Below are positions 30,058 through 43,593 of a DNA stretch of 64,000 nucleotides, in pieces. Each line of letters opens with the position of its first letter. Position 1 is the stretch's first letter. Source of the DNA: Bacillus subtilis subsp. subtilis str. 168 (lineage in GTDB: Bacteria; Bacillota; Bacilli; Bacillales; Bacillaceae); contig NC_000964.3 of the NCBI RefSeq assembly GCF_000009045.1, positions 1,178,001 through 1,242,000 of the forward strand, read 5' to 3'. Made by a program: the position numbers and the translations under genes. The notes under the pieces were generated by a model that saw nothing but the letters and a program-made list of their open reading frames with translations, did not search any database and was not told where the DNA came from.

Positions 30058-30147
30058 ACGCCTCCTTTCCATATACCATACTCTATGAGTAAGATGAACT
30101 GATAGTTTAGACGAATATATTGCCATGTGAAAAAAAATAGGATAGAA

Positions 30148-30164
30148 TTAGTACCTGATACTAA
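30148..30164 (+). promoter_or_regulatory. FapR operator of fabHA-fabF
   Basis: 17-bp palindrome TTAGTA-CCTGA-TACTAA. Confidence 0.9.
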
Positions 30165-30221
30165 TAATTGATCACAACCTGATTGATCTTCTAAATTTAA
30201 GATATAAAGGAGTCTTCCCTA

Positions 30222-31160
30222 ATGAAAGCTGGAATACTTGGTGTTGGACGTTACATTCCTGAGAAGGTTTTAACAAATCATGATCTTGAAAAAATGGTTG
30301 AAACTTCTGACGAGTGGATTCGTACAAGAACAGGAATAGAAGAAAGAAGAATCGCAGCAGATGATGTGTTTTCATCACATATGGCTGTTGCAGCAGCGAA
30401 AAATGCGCTGGAACAAGCTGAAGTGGCTGCTGAGGATCTGGATATGATCTTGGTTGCAACTGTTACACCTGATCAGTCATTCCCTACGGTCTCTTGTATG
30501 ATTCAAGAACAACTCGGCGCGAAGAAAGCGTGTGCTATGGATATCAGCGCGGCTTGTGCGGGCTTCATGTACGGGGTTGTAACCGGTAAACAATTTATTG
30601 AATCCGGAACCTACAAGCATGTTCTAGTTGTTGGTGTAGAGAAGCTCTCAAGCATTACCGACTGGGAAGACCGCAATACAGCCGTTCTGTTTGGAGACGG
30701 AGCAGGCGCTGCGGTAGTCGGGCCAGTCAGTGATGACAGAGGAATCCTTTCATTTGAACTAGGAGCCGACGGCACAGGCGGTCAGCACTTGTATCTGAAT
30801 GAAAAACGACATACAATCATGAATGGACGAGAAGTTTTCAAATTTGCAGTCCGCCAAATGGGAGAATCATGCGTAAATGTCATTGAAAAAGCCGGACTTT
30901 CAAAAGAGGATGTCGACTTTTTGATTCCGCATCAGGCGAACATCCGTATCATGGAAGCTGCTCGCGAGCGTTTAGAGCTTCCTGTCGAAAAGATGTCTAA
31001 AACTGTTCATAAATATGGAAATACTTCTGCCGCATCCATTCCGATCTCTCTTGTAGAAGAATTGGAAGCCGGTAAAATCAAAGACGGCGATGTGGTCGTT
31101 ATGGTAGGGTTCGGCGGAGGACTAACATGGGGCGCCATTGCAATCCGCTGGGGCCGATAA
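30222..31160 (+). CDS. fabHA: 3-oxoacyl-ACP synthase III
   Basis: 312 aa; AACAGF, PHQAN, GNTSAAS. Confidence 0.97.
30299..30324 (+). promoter_or_regulatory. Internal sigma-W promoter inside fabHA
   Basis: TGAAAC-N16-CGTA exact consensus. Confidence 0.85.
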
Positions 31161-31182
31161 AAAAAGGTGAGGTGCACACAAG

Positions 31183-32424
31183 ATGACTAAAAAAAGAGTA
31201 GTTGTTACAGGACTTGGAGCATTATCTCCACTTGGCAACGACGTCGATACAAGTTGGAATAACGCAATCAACGGTGTGTCCGGAATCGGTCCGATCACTC
31301 GTGTTGACGCTGAAGAATATCCGGCAAAAGTTGCCGCTGAATTAAAAGATTTTAATGTTGAAGATTATATGGATAAAAAAGAAGCCAGAAAAATGGACCG
31401 CTTTACACAATATGCGGTTGTGGCTGCGAAAATGGCGGTTGAAGATGCAGATCTTAACATTACCGATGAGATCGCGCCGAGAGTCGGTGTTTGGGTAGGC
31501 TCCGGTATCGGAGGACTTGAAACACTAGAGTCTCAATTTGAAATCTTCTTAACAAAAGGCCCAAGACGGGTAAGCCCGTTTTTCGTGCCAATGATGATTC
31601 CTGACATGGCGACAGGCCAGATTTCTATTGCATTAGGAGCAAAAGGGGTGAACTCTTGTACGGTTACAGCATGTGCTACAGGAACGAACTCCATCGGTGA
31701 CGCGTTTAAGGTTATTCAGCGCGGTGATGCAGACGTGATGGTCACAGGCGGAACAGAAGCGCCGCTGACAAGAATGTCATTCGCCGGCTTTAGTGCCAAC
31801 AAAGCGCTGTCTACTAATCCAGATCCGAAAACAGCGAGCCGCCCGTTTGATAAAAACCGTGATGGCTTTGTCATGGGGGAAGGTGCAGGGATTATCGTTC
31901 TTGAAGAACTTGAGCATGCCCTGGCCCGCGGCGCTAAAATTTACGGAGAAATTGTCGGCTACGGCTCAACCGGAGACGCTTATCATATCACAGCGCCGGC
32001 CCAAGACGGTGAAGGCGGAGCGAGAGCGATGCAAGAAGCCATTAAAGATGCAGGCATTGCACCTGAAGAAATTGATTACATCAATGCTCACGGGACAAGC
32101 ACGTATTACAACGACAAATACGAAACAATGGCGATTAAGACCGTTTTTGGCGAGCATGCGCATAAACTTGCGGTAAGCTCTACAAAATCGATGACAGGCC
32201 ACCTCTTAGGAGCAGCCGGCGGTATTGAAGCCATTTTCTCTATCCTGGCCATTAAAGAAGGCGTGATTCCGCCGACAATCAATATTCAAACACCTGACGA
32301 AGAATGTGATTTGGATTATGTGCCTGATGAAGCCCGCAGACAGGAACTTAATTATGTTCTCAGCAACTCATTAGGATTCGGCGGACACAACGCAACATTA
32401 ATCTTTAAAAAATATCAATCATAA
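31183..32424 (+). CDS. fabF: 3-oxoacyl-ACP synthase II
   Basis: 413 aa; [26 protein letters not shown]. Confidence 0.98.
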
Positions 32425-32431
32425 TCAAGCC

Positions 32432-32467
32432 AAACCGGCTGCCCTTAAAGGGTAGCCGGTTTTTTTT
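32432..32467 (+). terminator. fabF terminator
   Basis: AAACCGGCTGCCCT-TAA-AGGGTAGCCGGTTTTTTT. Confidence 0.85.
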
Positions 32468-32499
32468 GTGTGCATAGGATTAAAAGAGGAGGCGATCAC

Positions 32500-33285
32500 A
32501 TGAGTGTAGAACAAACATATAGCTGGCTCAGGAAGGCCGGTTCAATAGATGATTTGGCGCATTACATTATCCCGCTTTTTTCAGGTGCGGAGAAAAAGAA
32601 CTGGAAGGGCATTCTGGGGCATCTTCAGCATCATGGGATGTTTAAAAACATAAAAGAGGGTATTCAGACGGTTTCCAAGCTGAAGGAAAAAGGTTTTTAC
32701 GGACATATCCAAAAGGAAGAACAGTACCTCAAAAACAAATGGCAAGGTCCTGATGTACCAATTGTTACGCTGCCGGTTGATGAACGAAACAGGAGAATCC
32801 GTTTAGAATTCGGATCAAAATCAGGACTCGCCTTTCAAGACAAAATGTTCCTTTTTCTTTCGTCAGATTTAGATTTTGGGTCGGTATCTGCCCTTATGAC
32901 GCATGAGTATCATCACGTTTGCCGGTTAGGTCATCTGACAAAAGAGGAAAAGGATGTCACATTACTTGATACAATCATCATGGAAGGGCTGGCGGAATAT
33001 GCTGTTTATGAGAGGTTCGGCCGAAGTCAAACGGCTGAATGGACGACTTGGTATACACCGGAACAGCTTCAGGCTTTATATGAAAAAAAGATTGCGCCCC
33101 ATCGGGATATCAAACGGGATAATCGATTATTTCCCCAGCTGTTATTCGGCAAAGGATATCAGCCAAAAATGCTTGGATACGCAGTTGGATTCAATATTGT
33201 AAAAAAATATTTAACCGCCAGCAAGGCAAGCACCGCAGACGGGCTGTCCATTCCTGCTGAGACCTTTTTGGATGCAATGCTTTAA
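32500..33285 (+). CDS. yjaZ: DUF2268 putative Zn-dependent peptidase (261 aa)
   Basis: ATG 32500 after GAGGAGG; HEYHH plus MEGLAE. Confidence 0.85.
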   Translation: MSVEQTYSWLRKAGSIDDLAHYIIPLFSGAEKKNWKGILGHLQHHGMFKNIKEGIQTVSKLKEKGFYGHIQKEEQYLKNKWQGPDVPIVTLPVDERNRRIRLEFGSKSGLAFQDKMFLFLSSDLDFGSVSALMTHEYHHVCRLGHLTKEEKDVTLLDTIIMEGLAEYAVYERFGRSQTAEWTTWYTPEQLQALYEKKIAPHRDIKRDNRLFPQLLFGKGYQPKMLGYAVGFNIVKKYLTASKASTADGLSIPAETFLDAML

Positions 33286-33476
33286 AAGGATAAAATAATG
33301 GAATTTCATTAATAATATTACATTTATCCTAAAAAATTCTTGATTTTGCAAAATGATTGTAATAATATACAACTATAAAATTTTTCGATAATTCAATATT
33401 ATTTATTATTTCTGAATAAAGGGATTGCTTTCTCTTGAAAACGTTTGACAACAAGAGGGGGGAAAGGGGAGCTAGC

Positions 33477-34463
33477 ATGAGCACACTTTTAGAAGTGAAT
33501 AATTTAAAGACTTATTTTTTCAGGAAAAAGGAGCCGATCCCTGCGGTTGACGGAGTCGATTTTCACATCAGCAAAGGCGAAACCGTCGCGCTTGTAGGTG
33601 AATCGGGCTCCGGAAAAAGCATTACTTCTTTATCAATTATGGGCCTCGTCCAAAGCTCAGGCGGAAAAATCATGGACGGCTCTATTAAACTCGAAGACAA
33701 AGACCTCACCTCATTCACTGAAAACGATTATTGCAAAATCCGCGGTAACGAAGTATCCATGATCTTTCAGGAACCAATGACCTCCCTTAATCCGGTGTTA
33801 ACAATCGGAGAACAAATTACCGAAGTGCTGATTTACCATAAAAACATGAAGAAAAAAGAAGCCCGTCAACGAGCTGTTGAACTCTTGCAGATGGTCGGTT
33901 TCTCCCGGGCGGAGCAAATTATGAAGGAGTACCCGCATCGGCTGTCCGGCGGTATGAGACAGAGGGTGATGATTGCCATCGCACTGAGCTGTAATCCTAA
34001 ACTGCTCATTGCTGATGAACCAACGACAGCGCTGGACGTGACAATACAAGCCCAGGTGCTGGAGCTCATGAAAGATCTCTGTCAGAAGTTCAATACATCG
34101 ATTCTTCTCATCACACACGACTTAGGTGTCGTGTCTGAAGCTGCCGATAGAGTGATTGTCATGTACTGCGGACAAGTCGTAGAAAACGCCACTGTTGATG
34201 ACTTATTTTTAGAACCGCTTCATCCGTATACAGAAGGCCTGCTTACGTCAATTCCTGTTATAGATGGAGAGATTGATAAATTAAATGCGATTAAAGGCAG
34301 TGTGCCTACACCGGATAATCTGCCGCCGGGGTGCCGTTTTGCCCCAAGGTGCCCGAAAGCTATGGATAAGTGCTGGACAAATCAGCCTTCGCTTTTGACA
34401 CACAAAAGCGGAAGAACGGTGAGATGCTTTTTATATGAGGAAGAGGGTGCCGAACAATCATGA
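33477..34463 (+). CDS. appD: Oligopeptide ABC transporter ATP-binding protein AppD (328 aa)
   Basis: [24 protein letters not shown]. Confidence 0.95.
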   Translation: MSTLLEVNNLKTYFFRKKEPIPAVDGVDFHISKGETVALVGESGSGKSITSLSIMGLVQSSGGKIMDGSIKLEDKDLTSFTENDYCKIRGNEVSMIFQEPMTSLNPVLTIGEQITEVLIYHKNMKKKEARQRAVELLQMVGFSRAEQIMKEYPHRLSGGMRQRVMIAIALSCNPKLLIADEPTTALDVTIQAQVLELMKDLCQKFNTSILLITHDLGVVSEAADRVIVMYCGQVVENATVDDLFLEPLHPYTEGLLTSIPVIDGEIDKLNAIKGSVPTPDNLPPGCRFAPRCPKAMDKCWTNQPSLLTHKSGRTVRCFLYEEEGAEQS

Positions 34464-35449
34464 CAGCAGCTAATCAAGAAACAATCTTAGAGCTTCGTGA
34501 CGTAAAAAAATACTTTCCGATCCGGTCAGGCCTTTTTCAAAGAAAAGTCGGTGATGTAAAAGCGGTGGATGGTGTTTCATTTTCGTTAAAAAAAGGAGAA
34601 ACACTCGGAATCGTTGGAGAGTCGGGCTGCGGAAAATCGACTGCCGGCAGAACGATGATCAGACTGTACAAACCGACAGAGGGCCAAATTCTTTTTAAAG
34701 GGCAGGATATTTCCAATCTGTCAGAGGAGAAGCTGCGGAAGAGTGTCCGCAAAAATATTCAAATGGTTTTCCAAGATCCATTTGCTTCGTTAAACCCGAG
34801 AAAGACCCTGCGTTCCATCATAAAGGAGCCGTTTAATACGCACAACATGTATACCATGCGTGAACGAAACGAAAAAGTTGAAGAGCTGCTTGCAAGAGTA
34901 GGGCTTCACCCGTCGTTTGCCGGCCGTTATCCCCATGAGTTTTCAGGCGGCCAGCGTCAGCGGATCGGCATTGCCAGAGCACTCACTTTGAATCCAGAGC
35001 TGATCATTGCAGATGAGCCGGTTTCCGCACTTGATGTATCCATTCAGGCCCAAGTGATTAACTTGATGGAGGAATTACAGGAAGAATTTAATCTTACGTA
35101 TCTATTTATCTCTCATGATCTGAGTGTCGTCCGCCATATCAGCGACAGAGTCGGAGTAATGTATCTTGGCAAAATGATGGAACTGACCGGCAAGCATGAG
35201 CTTTATGACAACCCGCTTCACCCATATACCCAAGCGCTTTTATCCTCCGTTCCGGTTACAAGAAAAAGAGGTTCTGTCAAACGTGAACGCATTGTCCTGA
35301 AGGGAGAACTGCCTAGTCCGGCCAACCCGCCAAAAGGCTGCGTATTCCACACAAGATGTCCTGTTGCAAAACCGATATGCAAGGAACAAATACCAGAATT
35401 TAAAGAAGCTGCTCCCAGCCACTTTGTGGCTTGTCACCTTTATAGCTAA
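34460..35449 (+). CDS. appF: Oligopeptide ABC transporter ATP-binding protein AppF
   Basis: 329 aa; [16 protein letters not shown]; ATGA overlap with appD. Confidence 0.95.
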
Positions 35450-35536
35450 TGTTGCCCGCACAGCTTTGAGAGGGGGTATGCACACTACATAAACAACAGC
35501 CTAGAAGAACGAACATTTCAAGAGGGGGAATATCTA

Positions 35537-37167
35537 ATGAAAAGACGGAAAACCGCACTGATGATGCTAAGTGTATTGATGGTTCTGGCCATCTTTTTAT
35601 CAGCCTGCTCGGGATCAAAATCAAGCAACAGCAGCGCGAAAAAATCAGCAGGCAAACCGCAGCAAGGCGGGGATTTGGTTGTTGGTTCAATCGGAGAACC
35701 CACACTTTTTAACTCTCTGTATTCTACCGATGACGCAAGTACGGATATTGAAAATATGCTGTACAGCTTTTTAACGAAAACGGATGAAAAACTAAATGTG
35801 AAATTGTCACTCGCTGAAAGCATTAAAGAATTAGACGGCGGCCTTGCATATGATGTGAAAATTAAAAAAGGCGTTAAGTTTCATGACGGAAAAGAACTGA
35901 CTGCAGACGACGTCGTATTTACGTACAGTGTCCCTTTAAGCAAAGATTACAAGGGAGAACGCGGTTCAACATATGAAATGCTGAAATCCGTAGAAAAAAA
36001 GGCGATTACGAAGTCTTGTTTAAGCTGAAATATAAAGACGGTAATTTCTACAACAATGCGTTAGACAGCACAGCTATTCTGCCGAAACATATTCTCGGTA
36101 ATGTTCCGATTGCTGATTTAGAAGAAAATGAGTTTAACAGAAAGAAACCAATCGGTTCAGGACCATTTAAGTTTAAGGAATGGAAGCAGGGCCAATATAT
36201 TAAGCTCGAAGCGAATGATGATTACTTTGAAGGAAGACCGTATTTAGATACTGTGACGTATAAAGTCATTCCTGACGCAAATGCTGCCGTTGCTCAGCTG
36301 CAGGCAGGCGATATTAATTTCTTTAATGTGCCCGCCACTGACTACAAAACGGCTGAAAAATTCAACAACCTAAAAATCGTTACTGATTTGGCATTAAGTT
36401 ATGTGTACATCGGGTGGAATGAAAAAAATGAATTATTCAAGGATAAAAAGGTTCGTCAAGCGCTAACAACCGCTCTTGACCGCGAGTCAATCGTCAGCCA
36501 AGTATTAGATGGAGACGGCGAGGTAGCTTACATTCCGGAAAGCCCTTTATCTTGGAACTATCCTAAAGATATAGATGTTCCGAAATTTGAGTACAACGAG
36601 AAAAAAGCGAAACAGATGCTTGCAGAAGCCGGCTGGAAAGATACGAACGGTGACGGCATTCTGGATAAAGACGGAAAGAAATTCTCGTTTACCCTTAAAA
36701 CGAACCAAGGAAACAAAGTCCGTGAAGACATCGCTGTCGTCGTTCAGGAACAGCTGAAAAAAATCGGCATTGAAGTGAAAACCCAGATCGTTGAATGGAG
36801 CGCTCTCGTTGAACAAATGAATCCTCCGAATTGGGATTTTGATGCAATGGTCATGGGATGGAGTTTATCCACATTCCCGGATCAATATGATATTTTCCAT
36901 TCAAGCCAGATTAAAAAGGGTTTGAACTACGTTTGGTATAAAAATGCCGAAGCGGATAAACTCATGAAAGATGCAAAATCAATCAGTGACAGAAAGCAGT
37001 ATTCAAAAGAATATGAGCAAATCTATCAAAAAATTGCGGAAGATCAGCCGTATACGTTCTTGTATTATCCTAACAACCATATGGCAATGCCGGAAAATCT
37101 TGAAGGATACAAATATCATCCGAAACGTGATTTGTATAATATTGAAAAATGGTGGCTTGCAAAATAA
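35537..37167 (+). pseudogene. appA: AppA oligopeptide-binding lipoprotein, frameshifted by a missing A in an A-run
   Basis: ORFs 35537..36028 (lipobox LSAC) and 36016..37167; A7 at 35994-36000; A8 would read VEKKGDYEVLFKLKYKDG in one frame. Confidence 0.95.
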
Positions 37168-37242
37168 ATTTCCCTTAAAGGGGAGGGAGAGCGTTTTCTC
37201 CCTCTTCTGTTTTTAATAAGGAAAGTAAAGGGGGACAAGTAT

Positions 37243-38193
37243 ATGGCTGCATATATTATCAGAAGAACCTTAATGTCTATCCCGATTTTATTGGGAATTA
37301 CGATTTTATCATTTGTTATCATGAAAGCCGCGCCCGGAGATCCGATGACATTAATGATGGACCCGAAAATCAGCCAGGCTGACAGAGAGCAGTTTATTGA
37401 AAAATACGGTCTGAATGATCCTCAGTACGTTCAATATTTAAAGTGGCTAGGCAACATGGTGCAGGGTGATTTCGGAACGTCTATTGTCAGAAAAGGAACG
37501 CCTGTTTCAGAATTGATTATGGCAAGACTACCCAATACGCTCCTGCTGATGCTGGTTTCAACGATTTTGGCTCTTATGATTTCTATTCCGTTCGGTGTCC
37601 TGTCGGCAAAGCGGCCGTATTCAAAAATCGACTATGGCATTACATTTACCTCGTTTATAGGCCTGGCTATTCCAAACTTTTGGTTTGGATTAATTTTGAT
37701 TATGGTGTTATCGGTAAATCTCGGCTGGTTTCCAACTGGGGGTGTCGAGACACTGAATACCGAATTCAATATATTTGACCGGATTCATCATTTAATTCTG
37801 CCTGCATTCGTTCTAGCTACAGCTGACATGGCCGGACTGACGAGATACACGAGATCCAATATGCTTGATGTATTAAATCAAGATTATATTCGCACAGCGA
37901 GAGCAAAAGGATTTAAAGAGAACAGAGTGCTATTTAAACATGGATTGAGGAATGCATTATTACCCGTCATTACAATTTTCGGTTTGATGATTCCTTCATT
38001 TATCGGCGGATCTGTCGTTGTCGAACAAATTTTCACTTGGCCGGGATTAGGAAAGCTGTTTGTCGATTCAGCATTCCAGCGCGATTATCCGGTTATCATG
38101 GCAATGACTGTGATCTCGGCGGTTCTTGTCGTTGTCGGAAACCTCATTGCAGACATCCTTTACGCGATTGTTGATCCGCGGATCGAATATTAA
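37243..38193 (+). CDS. appB: Oligopeptide ABC permease AppB
   Basis: 316 aa; [13 protein letters not shown] loop. Confidence 0.95.
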
Positions 38194-38209
38194 AAGGAGG
38201 GAAACAGAG

Positions 38210-39121
38210 ATGTCAGAGCTGCAAACAACTCCCTCGCCGGAGATCAGGCTGAAAGAAAATATTTCGAAAAAGCCAGAAACAATGACAAAGATTTTCTGGG
38301 AAAAATTCTCGAAAAACAAACTGGCCATTTTAGGTGCCGTTATTCTTTTTATCATTATTATGTCTGCTGTTTTCGCCCCTTTAATTGCACCTTATCCCCA
38401 AGAGCAGCAAAGCCTGCTTGATAAATATAAGGCGCCGGGCCTTGAACATCTGATGGGAACGGATAAATTTGGACGTGATATTTTCAGCCGGATCCTATAT
38501 GGAGCGCGTGTCTCTTTATTGGTTGGATTTGCGTCCGTAGTCGGTTCGATTTTGATCGGAACGGTTTTAGGAGCATTAGCCGGATATTTCAGAGGAATAG
38601 TGGATGCTGTCATTATGCGTGTAGTTGACATTGTGTTATCCATTCCTGATATTTTCTTGTTGATCACGCTGGTCACCATCTTCAAGCCGGGTGTGGACAA
38701 ATTGATTTTAATTTTCTGTCTCACAGGATGGACCACAACAGCACGATTAGTAAGGGGAGAATTCTTGTCGCTCCGTTCAAGGGAATATGTTCTTGCTGCT
38801 AAAACAATTGGAACAAAAACGCACAAAATTATTTTTTCTCATATCCTGCCCAATGCGTTAGGGCCGATTATCGTGTCAGCTACGCTGAAAGTTGGGTCTG
38901 TTATTCTAGCTGAATCGGCGCTAAGCTACTTGGGCTTTGGAATCCAGCCGCCAATCGCTAGCTGGGGGAACATGCTTCAAGACGCACAGAATTTCACAGT
39001 AATGATTCAAGCATGGTGGTACCCGTTATTTCCCGGGCTATTTATTTTAATGACCGTTTTATGCTTCAACTTTGTCGGTGATGGCCTGCGGGATGCGCTT
39101 GACCCGAAAAATATTAAATAA
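38210..39121 (+). CDS. appC: Oligopeptide ABC permease AppC (303 aa)
   Basis: ATG 38210 after AAGGAGG; [18 protein letters not shown]. Confidence 0.95.
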
Positions 39122-39325
39122 AAATGAATATCATATCTGTTATAAAATATCACCAAATCAGAAAAAAGCAGGTCTCCTTTAGTCAGAAAATATACAAAGA
39201 GATCTGCTTTTTATGATTCTTACATAAACCCAGTGATTCCAGATTTCCTCAATCTCTTTGGAATAATTTCTCTATCCCTTGCCTATACTGTGGACAACAG
39301 TTTTTATAAAAGTGAGGGGTTAGAG

Positions 39326-40078
39326 ATGTTATTTCTTCATGATGTGTGGGTCAATTGGTTTGAAGGGGAAGAAAATGGCTACAATGTATGCCACTTTCAC
39401 GAATGGCGCAAGGAAGATACGGTTGAGCTTTTGGATCAGGTGCCGCTGTTAAGGGTGCCGTCAGTACTGTTTCATTACATAGAAAACGATTTGTCAGAGC
39501 TTCCGAAAGGTTTGCTTGAAGACGTACATCAGAAATCGTACATTCGAAAAAATCATGAGCGGACAAAGCTTGAGTATTGTTTTGTCGTAACAGACGGAAT
39601 CGGCATTTTAGCTGTTGACACGATCGGCTACACGATCCCTGTCAGAAAAAGCCGTCTAATCCCAAGACAGGAGCAGCTCGTTTATGAAATGGTAAAAGAT
39701 GTAGAGCCTGAAACATATGAATTTGAGCCAAAGAAGCTGGAATCCTCCAAGGAATATCACATCTTATCATTAGCACCAGAACATGTCAGAGGACTGACAA
39801 GAAAAGAACGGCAAATTAAGCAGCTGATGTTTATGGCGCTTGACCAATTAAAAGGGCTGAAAAACCGAGCGGAAATTGGCTACTGGTACACAGAGTGGAA
39901 TCCGCATATGTATGAACAAATCAAAAGGATGAGCTTTGAAGAGATTTGGGACATGCTGTATAACGAAACAATTGAAGGCTGGTCGGACAAACACCTAGCT
40001 TTTTGCGAAAACCTAATAAAAGGACAGCCTTTTTTCGAAAAGCTTTGGGAAATGGAAAACGAATCAAAGGTCAACTGA
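39326..40078 (+). CDS. yjbA: Conserved hypothetical protein (250 aa)
   Basis: ATG 39326 after GAGGGG; [27 protein letters not shown]. Confidence 0.85.
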   Translation: MLFLHDVWVNWFEGEENGYNVCHFHEWRKEDTVELLDQVPLLRVPSVLFHYIENDLSELPKGLLEDVHQKSYIRKNHERTKLEYCFVVTDGIGILAVDTIGYTIPVRKSRLIPRQEQLVYEMVKDVEPETYEFEPKKLESSKEYHILSLAPEHVRGLTRKERQIKQLMFMALDQLKGLKNRAEIGYWYTEWNPHMYEQIKRMSFEEIWDMLYNETIEGWSDKHLAFCENLIKGQPFFEKLWEMENESKVN

Positions 40079-40110
40079 AAAAAACCGCTCTTTGCAAAGA
40101 GCGGTTTTTT
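40078..40110. terminator. Bidirectional terminator yjbA / trpS
   Basis: AAAAAAACCGCTCTTT-GC-AAAGAGCGGTTTTTT. Confidence 0.85.
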
Positions 40111-40112
40111 GA

Positions 40113-41385
<1,273 letters not shown>

Positions 41386-41848
41386 GATTGCTTCATTATA
41401 AATCAATTATAACCAATTGTCATCATGAAAAAACATTCTTTTTTCCAGTAAAATTGTAATAATATAAATAACACGAGTGCTGTAAAATCCTTAAATGATA
41501 ACTGCTATCAGCGTAAAAACAGGCAGATATTATATGTAAAAAGCAATATGGGCAGAAAACACATGAAAAAGTTTTTAATCAATTTATGCTTTAAATGGTA
41601 GAAGGATATTATGTTCATGGAAGAAAAACTAACGAAGTTTAAATATTTTAAATTGATAAAATAATATTGCAATAAATTATTTGTTTCATTATAATGAACT
41701 TGTTCACTCTATTGTTACAGCTTTTTTACAAAAATAATCAGAAAAGACGGAACAGAATAAAAGTTGTGGAAACTCAGGTTCATTTGTCTGATATTTCTGA
41801 GGATTTAGCCGTAAGGAGCTGAAAATTATTATTAGGGGGTTTGCGAAT

Positions 41849-43486
41849 ATGAAAAAACGTTGGTCGATTGTCACGTTGATGCTCATTTTCACTCTCGTGC
41901 TGAGCGCGTGCGGCTTTGGCGGCAGCGGATCAAACGGTGAAGGGAAAAAGGACAGTAAAGGAAAGACGACACTTAACATTAATATTAAAACTGAGCCGTT
42001 CTCCTTACATCCGGGATTGGCAAATGATTCAGTATCAGGCGGTGTTATCCGTCAGACTTTTGAAGGATTGACACGTATCAATGCAGATGGTGAGCCTGAA
42101 GAAGGCATGGCTTCTAAAATTGAAACGAGCAAGGACGGAAAGACATATACATTTACCATTCGTGATGGTGTGAAATGGTCTAATGGAGACCCTGTAACTG
42201 CACAAGATTTTGAATATGCTTGGAAATGGGCGCTTGACCCTAATAATGAATCACAATACGCTTACCAGCTCTACTACATAAAAGGTGCTGAAGCGGCGAA
42301 TACCGGAAAAGGCAGCCTAGACGATGTGGCAGTAAAAGCTGTGAATGACAAAACGCTGAAGGTTGAATTAAATAACCCGACTCCATATTTCACTGAATTA
42401 ACTGCGTTCTATACGTATATGCCGATCAATAAGAAAATTGCAGAGAAAAATAAAAAGTGGAATACAAATGCCGGAGATGATTATGTATCAAACGGGCCGT
42501 TCAAAATGACGGCATGGAAACACAGCGGCTCTATTACTCTCGAAAAAAATGACCAGTATTGGGATAAAGACAAAGTCAAACTGAAGAAAATCGATATGGT
42601 TATGATCAACAATAACAATACGGAACTAAAAAAATTCCAAGCTGGCGAACTTGATTGGGCCGGTATGCCGCTCGGACAGCTTCCGACAGAATCCCTGCCG
42701 ACCCTGAAAAAAGACGGTTCTTTACATGTTGAGCCGATTGCAGGAGTGTATTGGTACAAATTCAACACTGAAGCTAAGCCATTAGACAACGTCAATATCC
42801 GTAAAGCTTTAACATATTCGCTTGACCGTCAGTCGATTGTTAAAAACGTTACGCAAGGAGAGCAAATCCCGGCAATGGCTGCAGTGCCGCCTACAATGAA
42901 GGGATTTGAGGATAACAAAGAAGGATACTTCAAAGACAATGATGTCAAAACAGCAAAAGAATACCTTGAAAAAGGCCTAAAAGAAATGGGCTTAAGCAAG
43001 GCATCTGATTTGCCAAAAATCAAATTGTCTTACAACACTGATGACGCACACGCGAAAATCGCTCAAGCAGTACAAGAAATGTGGAAGAAAAATTTAGGCG
43101 TTGATGTTGAGCTTGATAACTCAGAGTGGAATGTCTATATTGATAAGCTCCACAGCCAAGATTATCAAATCGGCCGTATGGGCTGGCTCGGCGACTTCAA
43201 TGATCCTATCAACTTCCTTGAATTGTTCCGCGACAAAAACGGAGGAAATAACGATACAGGCTGGGAAAATCCAGAATTCAAAAAGCTTCTGAATCAGTCA
43301 CAAACTGAAACAGATAAAACAAAACGTGCAGAGCTGCTGAAAAAAGCAGAAGGTATTTTCATTGATGAAATGCCGGTTGCCCCAATCTATTTCTATACTG
43401 ATACTTGGGTACAGGATGAAAACCTAAAAGGTGTTATCATGCCAGGTACTGGTGAGGTTTATTTCAGAAACGCATATTTTAAATAA
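41849..43486 (+). CDS. oppA: Oligopeptide-binding lipoprotein OppA
   Basis: 545 aa; lipobox LSAC; WSNGDPVTAQDF; family-5 SBP. Confidence 0.97.
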   Translation: MKKRWSIVTLMLIFTLVLSACGFGGSGSNGEGKKDSKGKTTLNINIKTEPFSLHPGLANDSVSGGVIRQTFEGLTRINADGEPEEGMASKIETSKDGKTYTFTIRDGVKWSNGDPVTAQDFEYAWKWALDPNNESQYAYQLYYIKGAEAANTGKGSLDDVAVKAVNDKTLKVELNNPTPYFTELTAFYTYMPINKKIAEKNKKWNTNAGDDYVSNGPFKMTAWKHSGSITLEKNDQYWDKDKVKLKKIDMVMINNNNTELKKFQAGELDWAGMPLGQLPTESLPTLKKDGSLHVEPIAGVYWYKFNTEAKPLDNVNIRKALTYSLDRQSIVKNVTQGEQIPAMAAVPPTMKGFEDNKEGYFKDNDVKTAKEYLEKGLKEMGLSKASDLPKIKLSYNTDDAHAKIAQAVQEMWKKNLGVDVELDNSEWNVYIDKLHSQDYQIGRMGWLGDFNDPINFLELFRDKNGGNNDTGWENPEFKKLLNQSQTETDKTKRAELLKKAEGIFIDEMPVAPIYFYTDTWVQDENLKGVIMPGTGEVYFRNAYFK

Positions 43487-43512
43487 GGCTACGTCTGAAA
43501 ATAAAAGACCTC

Positions 43513-43548
43513 AAGGTATATGGGGAGAAAAGCCCCATATACCTTTCT
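43513..43548 (+). terminator. Intra-operon stem-loop after oppA (partial terminator or mRNA stabiliser)
   Basis: AAGGTATATGGGG-N7-CCCCATATACCTTTCTT. Confidence 0.7.
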
Positions 43549-43593
43549 TACTGATGGAGTATAAAAATGTAAAAACCATGGAGGTGTTCCCCC

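Noticed and set aside
33379-33393. AATTTTTCGATAATT as a CodY box for app
   Set aside because: Three mismatches to consensus in AT-rich DNA; plausible but not supportable from sequence alone
41713-41730. TGTTA-N8-TTACA upstream of oppA as a TnrA box
   Set aside because: TnrA needs N7 spacing; region is very AT-rich
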